Assembly: GCA_017881025.1 (NCBI GenBank)
Contig: JADGRJ010000001.1
Coordinates: forward strand, 1 to 59,993
Source of the DNA: Rhizobacter sp.
GTDB lineage: Bacteria; Pseudomonadota; Gammaproteobacteria; Burkholderiales; Burkholderiaceae_C
Length of the DNA: 59,993 nucleotides
Direction of reading: 5' to 3'
Shown here: positions 24,662 through 35,799 of the stretch, in pieces
Position numbering within the stretch: the stretch's first letter is position 1
Layout of the letters: every line of letters starts with the position of its first letter
Translations under genes and position numbers: made by a program
Notes under the pieces: generated by a model
What the model was told of the DNA's origin: nothing
Seen by the model: only the letters and a program-made list of their open reading frames with translations
Database searches by the model: none

Positions 24662-25207
24662 GTGCCGGAAGCTTCGTCAACGCCGGCGCGCGGCCCCGTC
24701 GGCCGCGCCCTCGACCGCCTCTACGACGCGAGCGCGGCGCTCGCCGCGGTGGCGATGGTGATGCTGCTGGTCATGGTGCTGCTCTCGATCGCTTCGCGCC
24801 AGCTTGGCTTCAACGTGCCGGGCGTCGACGCCTACGCCGGCTACATGATGGCCGCCGCGGGCTTCCTCGCCCTGGCGCATACCTTGAAGCGCGGCGAGCA
24901 CATCCGCGTCACCCTGCTCCTGTCGGCGCTGCACGGCGGCCCGCGCCGCGGCCTCGAGATCTGGGCGCTCGCGGCGGCGGCACTGCTGGCCGCGCTCTTC
25001 GCCGCCTACAGCTGCAAGCTCGCCTGGCAGTCGTACACCTTCCACGACATCTCGACCAGCAACGACGCGACGCCGCTCTGGCTGCCTGAGCTCGCGATGG
25101 CGATCGGCACGGTCGTCTTCGCGATCGCCTTCGTCGACGAGCTGGTGCTCGAGATCCGCGGCAGGCGCTTCATCCCGGTCAGCGACGAGGCGCTGCGCAA
25201 TGAGTGA
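24662..25207 (+). CDS. dctQ: TRAP small permease
   Basis: 4 TM segments, GEHIRVTLL. Confidence 0.9.
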   Translation: MPEASSTPARGPVGRALDRLYDASAALAAVAMVMLLVMVLLSIASRQLGFNVPGVDAYAGYMMAAAGFLALAHTLKRGEHIRVTLLLSALHGGPRRGLEIWALAAAALLAALFAAYSCKLAWQSYTFHDISTSNDATPLWLPELAMAIGTVVFAIAFVDELVLEIRGRRFIPVSDEALRNE

Positions 25208-26501
25208 CTTCGCGATCACCGCGCTGCTCGTCCTCTCGCTCTTCGCGATCCTCGCGAGCGGCGTCTGGATCGGCCTGACGCTCTCGGGCGTCGCCTGGAT
25301 CGGCATGCAGCTGTTCAGCTCGCGGCCTGCCGGCGACGCGATGGCGGTGACGATCTGGGGCTCGGCGTCGAGCTGGACGCTGACCGCCCTGCCGCTCTTC
25401 ATCTGGATGGGCGAGATCCTCTTTCGCACTCGCCTCAGCCAGGACATGTTCCGCGGCCTGGCGCCGTGGATGCAGCGCCTGCCCGGGCGCCTCTTGCACA
25501 CGAACGTCGTTGGCTGCGCGATCTTCGCCGCCGTGTCGGGGTCGAGCGCGGCGACCTGCGCGACGATCGGCAAGATGAGCCTGCCGGAGCTGGCCCGGCG
25601 CGGCTACCCCGACATGATGTCGGTCGGCTCGCTCGCGGGCGCCGGCACGCTCGGCCTGCTCATCCCGCCGTCGATCATCATGATCGTCTACGGCGTCACC
25701 GCCGACGTCTCGATCTCGCAGCTCTTCATCGGCGGCGTGATCCCGGGCATCGTCCTCGCCGGCATCTTCTCGCTCTACATCGCCGGCTGGTCGATCAGGA
25801 ACGCGCACCTGATCCCGCCGCCGGACGCGCCGATGACGCTGGCCGAGAAGCTGCGCGAATCGAGGGGCCTGATCCCGGTGGTGCTGCTGATCATCGCCGT
25901 GCTCGGCTCGATCTACGCCGGAATCGCCACCGCCACCGAGGCGGCGGGCCTGGGCGTGCTCGGCTCGCTCCTTATCTCGATGGCGCAGGGCTCGATGAAC
26001 TGGCAGACCTTCAAGGACGCGCTGATGGGCGGCACCCGCCTGTACTGCATGATCGCGCTGATCCTGGCCGGCGCCGCGTTCCTCACCCTCAGCATGGGCT
26101 ACATCGGCCTGCCGCGCCACCTCGCCGAATGGATCGCGACGCTCGGCCTCAGCAAGTTCGCGCTGATCCTCGCCCTGACCGCCTTCTACGTCATCCTCGG
26201 CTGCTTTCTCGACGGCATCTCGATGGTCGTTCTCACCATGGGCGTCATCATGCCTACGGTGCAGAAGGCCGGAATCGATCCGCTCTGGTTCGGCATCTTC
26301 ATCGTCATCGTCGTCGAGATGGCGCAGGTGACGCCGCCGGTCGGCTTCAACCTCTTCGTGCTGCAGGGGATGACCAAGCGCGAGATCGGCACCATCGCCC
26401 GCGCCGCCTTCCCGTTCTTCCTGCTGATGGTGCTGATGGTCGTCCTGCTCTACGCCTTCCCGCAGCTGGTCACCTTCCTGCCGCAGCAGATGAGGCGCTA
26501 G
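25200..26501 (+). CDS. dctM: TRAP large permease
   Basis: FAAVSGSSAAT, GTLGLLIPPS, TPPVGFNLFV. Confidence 0.95.
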   Translation: MSDFAITALLVLSLFAILASGVWIGLTLSGVAWIGMQLFSSRPAGDAMAVTIWGSASSWTLTALPLFIWMGEILFRTRLSQDMFRGLAPWMQRLPGRLLHTNVVGCAIFAAVSGSSAATCATIGKMSLPELARRGYPDMMSVGSLAGAGTLGLLIPPSIIMIVYGVTADVSISQLFIGGVIPGIVLAGIFSLYIAGWSIRNAHLIPPPDAPMTLAEKLRESRGLIPVVLLIIAVLGSIYAGIATATEAAGLGVLGSLLISMAQGSMNWQTFKDALMGGTRLYCMIALILAGAAFLTLSMGYIGLPRHLAEWIATLGLSKFALILALTAFYVILGCFLDGISMVVLTMGVIMPTVQKAGIDPLWFGIFIVIVVEMAQVTPPVGFNLFVLQGMTKREIGTIARAAFPFFLLMVLMVVLLYAFPQLVTFLPQQMRR

Positions 26502-26661
26502 GCGCGGCGCCGGCCGGCGCCGAATCGGCGAACTGGCGGCAACAAGTCGCGCATTTCCCCGCACCGCCGTGGCCGCTGGTGGCCATCATGGCCCGGCCTT
26601 CCGCAAGGCATGCGCACGTCCAGTGGCGGACGTCGCCGCTGCGGTCGGCGAGAGGACCGCG

Positions 26662-29244
26662 ATGGCCGATCTTTCTACCCCCCTCAGCTGGAAGGCCCAG
26701 CCGGGTCCGGCGCGCGCCGCGGGCGCCGCGCCGGCCGCCGACGTGTCGACAGCGAAGGAAAAGGGCAGCCGCGACGCCTTCATGTGGCCAACACCGCCCT
26801 ACGCGAGCTATCCCGCGGCGACCGAGCAGACCGAGACGCTGCCGTGCCAGATCCTGGTCGGCGACGAGCTGAAGCTGATCTCGGCGCGACTGACGTTCTT
26901 CGTTCCGGAAACCTCGGTCGCCCATGTGCAGATGCCGCCGGCGCGAACGACCTTGGCGCTGCGCTTCGACAAGTTCACTGCGCTGACCCTGACGACACCG
27001 CTGGAGCCGCTGCCGCTGTCACGCGCCGATCCGCACGCGGCACTGCTCGGCCAGCGCCAGAGCTCGCCGTACCGGATCCAGCTCACCGTCGGCGGCGAGC
27101 TGAGCGGCATGACGATCGGCCACGTCGAGGCCGAGTTCGGCCTGTTCATCTTTCCGCCGTATGAAGACGACGGCTGCGTCAAGCGCACGTTCATCCCGCG
27201 CGCCGCGTACACCACCTTCGAGCTCGGCCCGAAGATCGGCGAGGTGCTGGTCGACGCCCAGGTCACCGACTTCGGCGAGATCGAGAAGGCGGTCGAGGTG
27301 CAGAAGCAGCTGCGAACGCAAAAGCTCGGCGACATCCTGGTCAGCAAGCAGATCGTCTCGCCCGAGCAGCTGCTCGAGGCGATCGAGCGCCAGCACAAGA
27401 TGCCGCTGGTGCGGATCGGCGAAGCGCTGCTCTCGCTCGGCCTGATCGACGACGCCCATCTCAAGGAAGCGCTCGTCCAGCAGCAGCTCGACCGCAGCGT
27501 GCCGCTCGGCGAGGTGCTGGTGCGGATGGGCGTGGTCACGCGCGAGGATCTGCAGACCGCGCTGGCGAGGAAGATGGGTTACCCGCTCGTCGACCTCGAC
27601 GCCTTCCCGGTCGAGGCGAACGCGCTGCGCCGCCTGCCCTATGGCGTTGCCGCGCGGCTGCGCGTCATGCCGCTCCTGGTCCGCGACGGCCGCCTGGTCG
27701 TCGCCCTCGACGACCCGTCGCGCCGCGCCGCCGTCGACGAGGTCGAGTTCAACGCCGACATGAAGGTGATCCCGGTGCTCGCGCTCAGCCAGTCGATCGA
27801 GGCGGCGCTGCACGCGGCCTACGACAAGATCGGCTCGGCCAGCAAGTCGCGCGTCGCCGAGGACCTGTCGGCGCCGATCGCCTTCGAGCCCGACTTCTCG
27901 CCCGCCGCCGCAGCGGCGACGACCGACGAGCTGGTCGAGACGCTCGAGAAGGAAGGCCTCGAGCGACTCACCGGCGACGACGACAAGCCGATCGAGCAGA
28001 GCGACAACTCGCTCGTTCGCCTGCTCAACAACATGGTCGTCGAAGCGCACAAGGACGGCGTCTCCGACATCCACATCGAGAGCTATCCCGGCAAGGAAAA
28101 GATCCGCGTCCGCTTCAGGAAGGACGGCATCCTGCGCACCTACCTCGAGCTGCCGGCGAACTACCGCAACGCGCTCATCGCCCGCGTCAAGATCATGTGC
28201 GATCTCGACATCGCCGAGCGCAGGCGCCCGCAGGACGGCAAGATCAACTTCGCCAAGTTCGTTCCGCAGCACAAGATCGAGCTGCGCGTCGCGACGATCC
28301 CGACCAACAACGGCCTCGAGGACGTCGTCCTGCGCCTGCTCGCCTCGGCGCGGCCGATCCCGGTCGACATGCTCGGCCTCTCGGAGGCGAATCACAAGGC
28401 GCTGCTGCAGGCGGTCGAGCGCCCGTACGGCATGGTCCTCTGCGTCGGCCCGACCGGATCGGGCAAGACGACGACGCTGCACTCGGCGCTCAGCCACATC
28501 AACGTGCCGGAGAGGAAGATCTGGACCGCCGAGGACCCGGTCGAGATCACCCAGCCGGGGCTGCGCCAGGTGCAGGTCAACCCGAAGATCGAGTGGACCT
28601 TCGCCAAGGCGCTGCGCGCCTTCATGCGCGCCGACCCCGACGTGATCATGCTCGGCGAGATCCGCGACGAGGAGACCGCGCACATGGCGATCGAGGCCTC
28701 GCTCACCGGCCACCTCGTCCTCTCGACGCTGCACACCAACAGCGCGCCGGAGACAGTGACGCGCCTGCTCGACATGGGCATGGACCCGTTCAACTTCGGC
28801 GACTCGCTGCTCGCCGTGCTGGCGCAGCGCCTGGTGAGGAAGACCTGCGCCGCGTGCCGGACGACGCGGCCGGCGACGCACGACGAGATCGAGGAGCTGC
28901 TAGGCGACTACATGAACGCCTTCGGCGCCGAAGCGCCGACGACGAGGAGCGAGGTCCTCGCCGGCTGGACGCAGCGCCACGCCGTCGACGGCCGCCTCGT
29001 CTTCCATTCGAACCAGGGCTGCGAGAAGTGCGACCAGACCGGCTTTCGCAGCCGCGCCGGCATCCACGAGATGATGGTCGTCTCGCGCGAGATCCGCCGC
29101 CTGATCCAGAACGGCGCGCGCGCCGAGGCGCTGCAGGCGACGGCGATGAAGGAAGGCATGCGGACGCTGCGCCAGGACGGCATCGAGAAGGTGCTGGCCG
29201 GCCACACGACGATCGAGGAAGTGAGGGCCACCAGCAACGCGTAG
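26662..29244 (+). CDS. GspE/PulE/PilB family assembly ATPase with MshEN-like repeats
   Basis: SDIHIE, ERRRPQDG, GPTGSGKTTT, EDPVE, RADPDVIMLGEIRD, TGHLVLSTLHTN, CxxC...CxxC. Confidence 0.92.
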   Translation: MADLSTPLSWKAQPGPARAAGAAPAADVSTAKEKGSRDAFMWPTPPYASYPAATEQTETLPCQILVGDELKLISARLTFFVPETSVAHVQMPPARTTLALRFDKFTALTLTTPLEPLPLSRADPHAALLGQRQSSPYRIQLTVGGELSGMTIGHVEAEFGLFIFPPYEDDGCVKRTFIPRAAYTTFELGPKIGEVLVDAQVTDFGEIEKAVEVQKQLRTQKLGDILVSKQIVSPEQLLEAIERQHKMPLVRIGEALLSLGLIDDAHLKEALVQQQLDRSVPLGEVLVRMGVVTREDLQTALARKMGYPLVDLDAFPVEANALRRLPYGVAARLRVMPLLVRDGRLVVALDDPSRRAAVDEVEFNADMKVIPVLALSQSIEAALHAAYDKIGSASKSRVAEDLSAPIAFEPDFSPAAAAATTDELVETLEKEGLERLTGDDDKPIEQSDNSLVRLLNNMVVEAHKDGVSDIHIESYPGKEKIRVRFRKDGILRTYLELPANYRNALIARVKIMCDLDIAERRRPQDGKINFAKFVPQHKIELRVATIPTNNGLEDVVLRLLASARPIPVDMLGLSEANHKALLQAVERPYGMVLCVGPTGSGKTTTLHSALSHINVPERKIWTAEDPVEITQPGLRQVQVNPKIEWTFAKALRAFMRADPDVIMLGEIRDEETAHMAIEASLTGHLVLSTLHTNSAPETVTRLLDMGMDPFNFGDSLLAVLAQRLVRKTCAACRTTRPATHDEIEELLGDYMNAFGAEAPTTRSEVLAGWTQRHAVDGRLVFHSNQGCEKCDQTGFRSRAGIHEMMVVSREIRRLIQNGARAEALQATAMKEGMRTLRQDGIEKVLAGHTTIEEVRATSNA

Positions 29245-29254
29245 CGTTGCCGGT

Positions 29255-29354
29255 CGCCCTCACTTCGCTTCGCTTTCCAGGGTTGCTCCCTCCCCGCTTC
29301 GCTCCCCTCCCTCCGCGAGGGAGGGGCCGGCCCCGCAGGGGCCGCTTGAGGGCG
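29255..29354. repeat. Double-hairpin REP-like element, copy A, bounded by CGCCCTCA/TGAGGGCG inverted repeats
   Basis: 29304-29345 matches the reverse complement of 40563-40604 at 40 of 42 nt. Confidence 0.8.
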
Positions 29355-29355
29355 G

Positions 29356-29931
29356 TCAGCGGGTGGTCATGAAGAGCGTGAAGGCGACGACGATCGCGGC
29401 CAACGCCCAGCCGAGCGCACCAGCGGGCTCGTGCGGACGCACGGGCGCGGTCGTGACGACCGGCGCAGGGGCCGCACCGGCCGGGAGGAGCGCCTGCAGC
29501 TGCGCCTCGAACGCCTTGAAGAAATCGTCGGTGATCTTGCCGGCGGTCGCGTCGATGAGGCGCGAGCCGATCTGCGCCATCTTGCCGCCGACGGTCGCGC
29601 GCGCGCTGTAGGCGAGCTTCGTCGCGGTGTCGCTGACCGGACTGAGCGACACGTCGGCCGAGCCGCGGCCGAAGCCGGCGACGCCACCCTGGCCGTCGAA
29701 GTTGATCGTATAGCCGAGCGGCGGGTTGACGTTGGTCAGCTTCAGGTTGCCCTTGAAGCGCGCGCTCACCGGGCCGATCTTCATCGCCACGACGGCGGCG
29801 AAGCCGTCGTCGCCGACGCGCTCGAGCGATTCGCAGCCTGCGATGCACGCCTTCAGGGTCTCCGGGTCGTTGAGCGCGGCCCAGGTCGCGTCGACCGACG
29901 CCGGGATGATTCGTTCGCCGTTCAGTTCCAT
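29356..29931 (-). CDS. coxG: CoxG/SRPBCC protein with C-terminal membrane anchor
   Basis: WAALNDPETLKACIAGCE, VGGKMAQIGSRLID. Confidence 0.9.
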   Translation of the reverse strand: MELNGERIIPASVDATWAALNDPETLKACIAGCESLERVGDDGFAAVVAMKIGPVSARFKGNLKLTNVNPPLGYTINFDGQGGVAGFGRGSADVSLSPVSDTATKLAYSARATVGGKMAQIGSRLIDATAGKITDDFFKAFEAQLQALLPAGAAPAPVVTTAPVRPHEPAGALGWALAAIVVAFTLFMTTR

Positions 29932-29943
29932 CCGTCGATTCTG

Positions 29944-31107
29944 CTACCGGCGCGGCGCCGGTGCCGATTGCAGCGCCGTCGCCAGGTCGGCCAGGCTCGC
30001 CAGGTTGTGGACCGGCAGGAAACGGTCGACGTACGGCAGCAGCGCTTTCACCCCGCCGGCGCGCGGCTCGAAGCGGTCGAAGCGCAGCAGCGGGTTGAGC
30101 CAGACGATCTGGCGCGCGAACAGGCGCAGCTGCTGCGCCGCACGCGTCAGCTCGCCGTGCTCGTCGCGGTCGAGGCCGTCGCTGACGAGGAGGAGCGCGG
30201 CGTTGGCGCCGAGCAGGCGCCGCGCCCAGTGCCGGTTGAAGTCGTCGAGGCACGACGCGATCCGCGTGCCGCCCTTCCAGTCCTGCACCTGCGCGCTCGC
30301 CAGCTCGAGGGCGAGGTCGGGGTCGCGATGACGCAGTGCCCGTGTGATGTTGGTGAGGCGCGTGCCGAAGGTGAGCGTGTGGACCTTGAGGTAACGCCGC
30401 GTCAGGCCGTGCACGTAGTGCAGCATGAGGCGGGCGTAACGGTCCATCGAGCCGGAGACGTCGAGCAGGACGACGATCGTCGGCAATTCGCTCCTCGGCC
30501 GGCTGAAGCGCGGCACGAGCGTCTCGGGCTGGCGCGCCATCGCGAGCATCGTCGCGCGCAGGTCGATCCGGCCGCGCGCGCTCGCCGCATGACGGCGCCT
30601 GCGCACCGGCGCGAACGGCAGCGGCACCTCCTCGGCGAGCTTCTTGGCGAGCTCGAACTCGGCCGCCGTCATCGACTCGAAGTCGGCGCGCTGCAGGCGC
30701 TCGCGGTCCGAAAACGCGAAGCTGGTCTCGAACTCGATCTGCTCGTCGGGCCGCGGCGGCGGCCGCGCCGCCGCGGGCACCGCCGTCGGCGCGAGCGCGT
30801 CGGCGAGCCGATGCGAGCGCGGCTTGTTGGCGCGGTCGCCGCGCCCGGTGATCTTCGGCAGCAGCTCGGCCATGAACCGCTCGAGCAGCTTCGGGTCGCG
30901 CCAGAAGGCCGCGAAGGCGTCGTCGAAGAGCGCCTGCTGTTCGTGGCGGTCGATCATCACGGCGGAGAGCGCGGCATGGACGTCGTCTCGCCGCGCCAGG
31001 CCGACGGCTTCGATCGCCTCGAGCGCCGCCAGGACGCGGTCGGGGCCGACGGCCAGGCCGGCGTTGCGCAGGACGCGCGCGAAATGGACGACGTTGTCAG
31101 CGAGCAT
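29944..31107 (-). CDS. coxE: CoxE-like VWA protein
   Basis: DVSGSM MIDAS motif, WKGGTRI, VWLNPL. Confidence 0.9.
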   Translation of the reverse strand: MLADNVVHFARVLRNAGLAVGPDRVLAALEAIEAVGLARRDDVHAALSAVMIDRHEQQALFDDAFAAFWRDPKLLERFMAELLPKITGRGDRANKPRSHRLADALAPTAVPAAARPPPRPDEQIEFETSFAFSDRERLQRADFESMTAAEFELAKKLAEEVPLPFAPVRRRRHAASARGRIDLRATMLAMARQPETLVPRFSRPRSELPTIVVLLDVSGSMDRYARLMLHYVHGLTRRYLKVHTLTFGTRLTNITRALRHRDPDLALELASAQVQDWKGGTRIASCLDDFNRHWARRLLGANAALLLVSDGLDRDEHGELTRAAQQLRLFARQIVWLNPLLRFDRFEPRAGGVKALLPYVDRFLPVHNLASLADLATALQSAPAPRR

Positions 31108-32062
31108 CGGCGGGCGCCGCGTGCGGCGCCTCGCCGCGTGCCGTCGCCTGCAGCTCGGCGAGCAGCTTGCTGACGTCGCCGCCCTGCATCTTGGCGATGT
31201 CGTCGCGGTGCTTGAGGAGCACGCCGAGGGTGTCGCGGACGTTGTCGGGCGCCAGACTGATCGCGTTCAGCGCGACCAGCGCATTGCTCCAGTCGATCGT
31301 CTCGGCGATGCCGGGCGCCTTGAACAGATCGAGCGTTCGCATGCGCTGCACGAAGGCGACGACCTGCGCGGCGAGCCGCTCCGAAGCGCCCGGCGCGCGG
31401 ATGCGGACGATCTCGAGCTCGCGCTCGAGGTCGGGGTAGTCGACCCAGTGGTAAAGGCAGCGGCGCTTCAGCGCGTCGTGGATCTCGCGCGTCCGGTTGC
31501 TGGTGATGACGACGATCGGCGCCGCGTCGGGCGCCGCCTTGACCGTGCCGAACTCGGGGATCGTCAGCTGGTTCTCGGCGAGCACCTCGAGCAGGAAGGC
31601 GTCGAACGGCTCGTCGGCGCGGTCGAGCTCGTCGATCAGGAGAACCGGGGAGTGCGCCTGCGTCAGCGCCCGCAGCAGCGGCCGCTCGATCAGCATCGAG
31701 CGCGCATATAGGCTTTTCGCGAGGCGCTCGCGCGATGCCGCGTCGCCGACGTCGTGCGCGGCCTCGGCGAGGCGGATCTCCATCATCTGGCGCGCGACGT
31801 TCCACTCGTACGCCGTCTGCGCTACGTCGAGACCCTCGTAGCACTGGACACGCAGCAGCAGCGCCTGCAGCGCCCGCGCCAACGCCTTGGCGAGCTCGGT
31901 CTTGCCGACGCCGGGCTCACCCTCGACGAAGAGCGGGCGCTTGAGCGTCAGGGCGAGGAAGACCGACGTCGCGAGGCGCCGGTCGGCGACGTAGTTCTCG
32001 GCGGCGAGCGCGGCGATGACATCGTCGACCGAGGTCGGCGCGGCAGGAGCGGGACTCATCAT
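31097..32062 (-). CDS. coxD: CoxD-like MoxR AAA+ ATPase
   Basis: GEPGVGKT, QCYEGLD, LLIDELDRADE, TSNRTREIHDALKRRC. Confidence 0.92.
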   Translation of the reverse strand: MMSPAPAAPTSVDDVIAALAAENYVADRRLATSVFLALTLKRPLFVEGEPGVGKTELAKALARALQALLLRVQCYEGLDVAQTAYEWNVARQMMEIRLAEAAHDVGDAASRERLAKSLYARSMLIERPLLRALTQAHSPVLLIDELDRADEPFDAFLLEVLAENQLTIPEFGTVKAAPDAAPIVVITSNRTREIHDALKRRCLYHWVDYPDLERELEIVRIRAPGASERLAAQVVAFVQRMRTLDLFKAPGIAETIDWSNALVALNAISLAPDNVRDTLGVLLKHRDDIAKMQGGDVSKLLAELQATARGEAPHAAPADAR

Positions 32063-32113
32063 CGAGTCATCCTAACCGGCGCCCGCGCCGGACGCCGGCC
32101 GGATGCGGACACC

Positions 32114-32911
32114 TCAGCGCGCGAGCGCCGCCGCGACCGCGCGCGAGGCGATGACGCTGATCATCGCGGCGCGGTACTCGGCCGAGCCGTGCAGGTCGGC
32201 GTTGATGCCGCCGGTCGGCATCTTCACCGCCTTGGCGGCGCCGGGCGTGAAGCTCTTCGCGAGCGCGTTCTCGATCTCGGTGGCACGAAACGCGCGGCCC
32301 TTCGCACCGGTGACGCCGACGCGAACGCCGCCCGCCGTCTGCGCGACGCAGACGCCGATCAGCGCGAAGCGCGACGCCGGCTGCCGGTACTTGACGTAAG
32401 CCGCCTTCTGCGCCGCCGGGAAGGTGACCGCGGTGATCAGCTCGCCCGGCTGCAGCGCCGTCTCCCACAGGCCGGTGAAGAAATCGTCGGCGGCGATCGT
32501 GCGCCGGTCGGTGTGGATCGTCGCGTTGAAGGCCAACACGCCGGCGGGATAACACGCCGCGGGATCGGCGTTGGCGATCGAGCCGCCGATCGTTCCCATG
32601 TTCCTCACCATCGGGTCGCCGATGCCGCCGGCGAGCTCTGCGATCGCCGGCGCGATTCGCTTGACGTCGGCGTTCGACGCAACGCTCGCGTGCGTCGCCA
32701 TCGCGCCGATCGTGACGCCGCTGGCGTCGGCCTTGATCGTCTTCAGATCGGCGATCGCGCCGAGATCGACCAGGCGCTCGGACTGCGACAGGCGCAGCCG
32801 CATCGCCTGGATCAGGCTCTGGCCACCGGCGAGGTAGCGGGCGTCTGCGCCGGCGGCGGCGCTCTTGGCGGCGTCGCGGCTGGTCGGCCGCTGGTAGTCG
32901 AATGCGTACAT
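32114..32911 (-). CDS. coxM: Molybdenum hydroxylase FAD subunit
   Basis: AGGQSL, RNMGTIGGSIANADP. Confidence 0.92.
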   Translation of the reverse strand: MYAFDYQRPTSRDAAKSAAAGADARYLAGGQSLIQAMRLRLSQSERLVDLGAIADLKTIKADASGVTIGAMATHASVASNADVKRIAPAIAELAGGIGDPMVRNMGTIGGSIANADPAACYPAGVLAFNATIHTDRRTIAADDFFTGLWETALQPGELITAVTFPAAQKAAYVKYRQPASRFALIGVCVAQTAGGVRVGVTGAKGRAFRATEIENALAKSFTPGAAKAVKMPTGGINADLHGSAEYRAAMISVIASRAVAAALAR

Positions 32912-32927
32912 CGTCGTTCTCCTTGCT

Positions 32928-35309
32928 TCAGGCGGCGGGCATGCCGTTGGCGGCGCGCCAGACACGTTCCGGCGTCGCCGGCATCGCCAGGTCGACGACG
33001 CCGAGCGCGTCGGTGAGTGCGTTCATGTAGGCCGGCGGCGAGCCGATCGCGCCGGCCTCGCCGCAGCCCTTGACGCCGAGCGGGTTGTGGCTGCACGGCG
33101 TGTTCGTCGTCGCGACCTTGAAGCTCGGGATGTCGATCGCGCGCGGCATCGCGTAGTCCATGTACGAGCCGGTGACGAGCTGCCCCGAGTGCACGTCGTA
33201 GCAGCACGCTTCCATCATCGCCTGGCCGAGGCCCTGGGCGATGCCGCCGTGCACCTGGCCCTCGACGATCATCGGGTTGACGATGTTGCCGAAGTCGTCG
33301 ACGGCGACGAACTGCTCGATCTTCACCTTGCCGGTGTCGCTGTCGACCTCGACCTCGCAGATGTAGCTGCCGGCCGGATAGGTGAAGTTGGTCGGGTCGT
33401 AGAACGCGTTTTCGTTCAGCCCCGGTTCGAGCTTGTCGAGCGGGAAGTTGTGCGGCACGTAGGCAGTGAGCGTGACGTTGCCCCAGGCGACCTTCTTGTC
33501 GGTGCCGGCGACCTTGAACTCGCCGTTCTCGAACTCGATGTCGGTGTCGGCCGCCTCGAGCAGGTGGGCAGCGATCTTCTTGCCCTTGGCGATCACCTTG
33601 TCGACCGCCTTGACGATCGCCGTGCCGCCGACCGCGAGCGAGCGGCTGCCGTAGGTGCCCATCCCGAACGGCACGCGGCCGGTGTCGCCGTGAACGATCT
33701 CGACGTTGCCGACCGGAATGCCGAGGCGCGCCGCGACGACCTGCGCGAACGTCGTCTCGTGGCCCTGGCCGTGGCTGTGCGAGCCGGTGAAGACGGTGAC
33801 CGTCCCGGTCGGGTGGACGCGCACCTCGCCCGCTTCGAACAAGCCCGCGCGCGCGCCCAGCGCGCCGGCGATGTTCGAAGGCGCGATGCCGCACGCCTCG
33901 ATGTAGCAGGCGTAGCCGAGGCCGCGCTTCTTCCCCTTCGCCGCCGACGCGGCCTTCCTCGCCGGAAAGCCGGCGACATCGGCGATCTCCATCGCCTTGT
34001 CGAGGTGCGCCGCGTAGCCGCCGACGTCGTACGTCAGGCCGACCGGCGTCGCGTATGGGAAGGTGGTGATGAAGTTCTTGCGCCGGATCTCGGCCGGGTT
34101 CATCTTCATGTCGCGCGCCGCCTGCTCGACGATGCGCTCGACGACGTAGGTCGCCTCGGGACGGCCGGCGCCGCGATACGCGTCGACCGGTGCCGTGTTG
34201 GTGAATACCGCCTTCACCTCGGCGTAGATCGCCGGCGTCTTGTACTGGCCGGCGAGCAGCGTCGCGTACAGGATCGTCGGCACCGCCGAAGCGAAGGTCG
34301 ACAGGTATGCGCCCATGTTGGCGATCGTCTTGACGCGCAGGGCGAGAAAGTTGCCGTCCTTGTCCATCGCCAGCTCGGCGGTCGTGACGTGGTCGCGGCC
34401 GTGCGCGTCGGTGAGGAACGATTCGCTGCGCTCGGCCGTCCACTTGATCGGCCGGCCGACGCGCTTGCTCGCCCAAACCAGGGCGACGTCTTCCGGATAG
34501 AGGAAGATCTTCGAGCCGAAGCCGCCGCCGACGTCGGGAGCGATCACGCGCACCTTCGATTCCGGCAGGCCGAGCACGAACGCGCACATCAGGAGGCGCT
34601 CGACGTGCGGGTTCTGGTTGGCGACATAGAGCGTGTAGCTCTCGTCGCTGCGGTTGTAGCTGGCGTTGGCGGCGCGCGGCTCGATCGCGTTCGGGATCAG
34701 CCGGTTGTTGACGAACGAGAGCTTGGTGACGTGCGCCGCCTTCGCGAACGCGGCGTCGACCGCGGCCTTGTCGCCGTGGCCCCAGTCGTAGCAGACGTTG
34801 TCGGTGACGTCGTCGTGCACGCTCGTCCCGATCGAGTCGGCGGCGCTGATGTCGATCACCGGCGGCAGCTCCTCGTAGTCGACGACGATGAGCTCGGCCG
34901 CGTCCTTCGCCTGCAGCAGTGTCTCGGCGACGATGAGCGCGACCTGATCGCCGACGTGGCGCACCTTGCCTTGCGCCAGCACCGGGTGCGCCGGCTCCTT
35001 CATCGGCGTGCCGTCCTTGTTGTGGATCAGCCAGCCGCAAGGGAGCCCCCCGACCTTGGCCTCGGCCAGGTCGGCGCCGGTGATGATGTCGATCACCCCG
35101 GGCGCCTTCTTCGCCGCCGTCAGGTCGATCGAGCGGATGCGCGCATGCGCGTGCGGGCTGCGCAGGAAGACGCCGAAGGTCTGCCCTTGCAGGACGACGT
35201 CGTCGGTGTAGTTGCCGGCGCCGGTGATGAAGCGGCGATCTTCGCGCCGGCGCACGCTCTGGCCGATCGGGCTCTTGCTCAGGTCGACGGCTTCGTTCAT
35301 GTTGCCCAT
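32928..35309 (-). CDS. coxL: Molybdenum hydroxylase large subunit, form II CoxL-like
   Basis: [38 protein letters not shown]. Confidence 0.92.
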   Translation of the reverse strand: MGNMNEAVDLSKSPIGQSVRRREDRRFITGAGNYTDDVVLQGQTFGVFLRSPHAHARIRSIDLTAAKKAPGVIDIITGADLAEAKVGGLPCGWLIHNKDGTPMKEPAHPVLAQGKVRHVGDQVALIVAETLLQAKDAAELIVVDYEELPPVIDISAADSIGTSVHDDVTDNVCYDWGHGDKAAVDAAFAKAAHVTKLSFVNNRLIPNAIEPRAANASYNRSDESYTLYVANQNPHVERLLMCAFVLGLPESKVRVIAPDVGGGFGSKIFLYPEDVALVWASKRVGRPIKWTAERSESFLTDAHGRDHVTTAELAMDKDGNFLALRVKTIANMGAYLSTFASAVPTILYATLLAGQYKTPAIYAEVKAVFTNTAPVDAYRGAGRPEATYVVERIVEQAARDMKMNPAEIRRKNFITTFPYATPVGLTYDVGGYAAHLDKAMEIADVAGFPARKAASAAKGKKRGLGYACYIEACGIAPSNIAGALGARAGLFEAGEVRVHPTGTVTVFTGSHSHGQGHETTFAQVVAARLGIPVGNVEIVHGDTGRVPFGMGTYGSRSLAVGGTAIVKAVDKVIAKGKKIAAHLLEAADTDIEFENGEFKVAGTDKKVAWGNVTLTAYVPHNFPLDKLEPGLNENAFYDPTNFTYPAGSYICEVEVDSDTGKVKIEQFVAVDDFGNIVNPMIVEGQVHGGIAQGLGQAMMEACCYDVHSGQLVTGSYMDYAMPRAIDIPSFKVATTNTPCSHNPLGVKGCGEAGAIGSPPAYMNALTDALGVVDLAMPATPERVWRAANGMPAA

Positions 35310-35319
35310 GCTCTGCTCC

Positions 35320-35799
35320 TCAGACCGTCGTCGGGGTCTTGCCCGACTGGCAGAACTGGATCGACTTGACGATGTTGTGATAACCGGTGCAGCGGCAGAT
35401 GTTGCCGTCGAGCGCCTCGCGGATCTCTTCTTCGTTCGCCTTCGGGTTGTCGGCGAGCAGCTGCACCGCCGACATCACCATCCCCGGCGTGCAGTAGCCG
35501 CACTGAAGGCCGTGGCACTCGCGGAAGGCGGCCTGCATCGGGTGCAGCTCGCCGTCCTTGGCGAGGCCCTCGATCGTCGTGATCTGGCTGCCCTGCACCT
35601 GCGCGGCGAGGATCGAGCACGACTTGATCGCGCGCCCGTTCATGTGCACGGTGCAGGCGCCGCACTGCGCGGTGTCGCAGCCGACGTGCGTGCCCGTGAG
35701 CTGCAGCTGCTCGCGCAGGTACTGGACGAGCAGCGTGCGCGAGTCGACGGTCTTCGTGACCGACTTGCCGTTGACGGTGAGGGAAATGGGAATGTCCAC
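35320..35799 (-). CDS. coxS: Molybdenum hydroxylase 2x[2Fe-2S] subunit
   Basis: [28 protein letters not shown]. Confidence 0.95.
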   Translation of the reverse strand: MDIPISLTVNGKSVTKTVDSRTLLVQYLREQLQLTGTHVGCDTAQCGACTVHMNGRAIKSCSILAAQVQGSQITTIEGLAKDGELHPMQAAFRECHGLQCGYCTPGMVMSAVQLLADNPKANEEEIREALDGNICRCTGYHNIVKSIQFCQSGKTPTTV

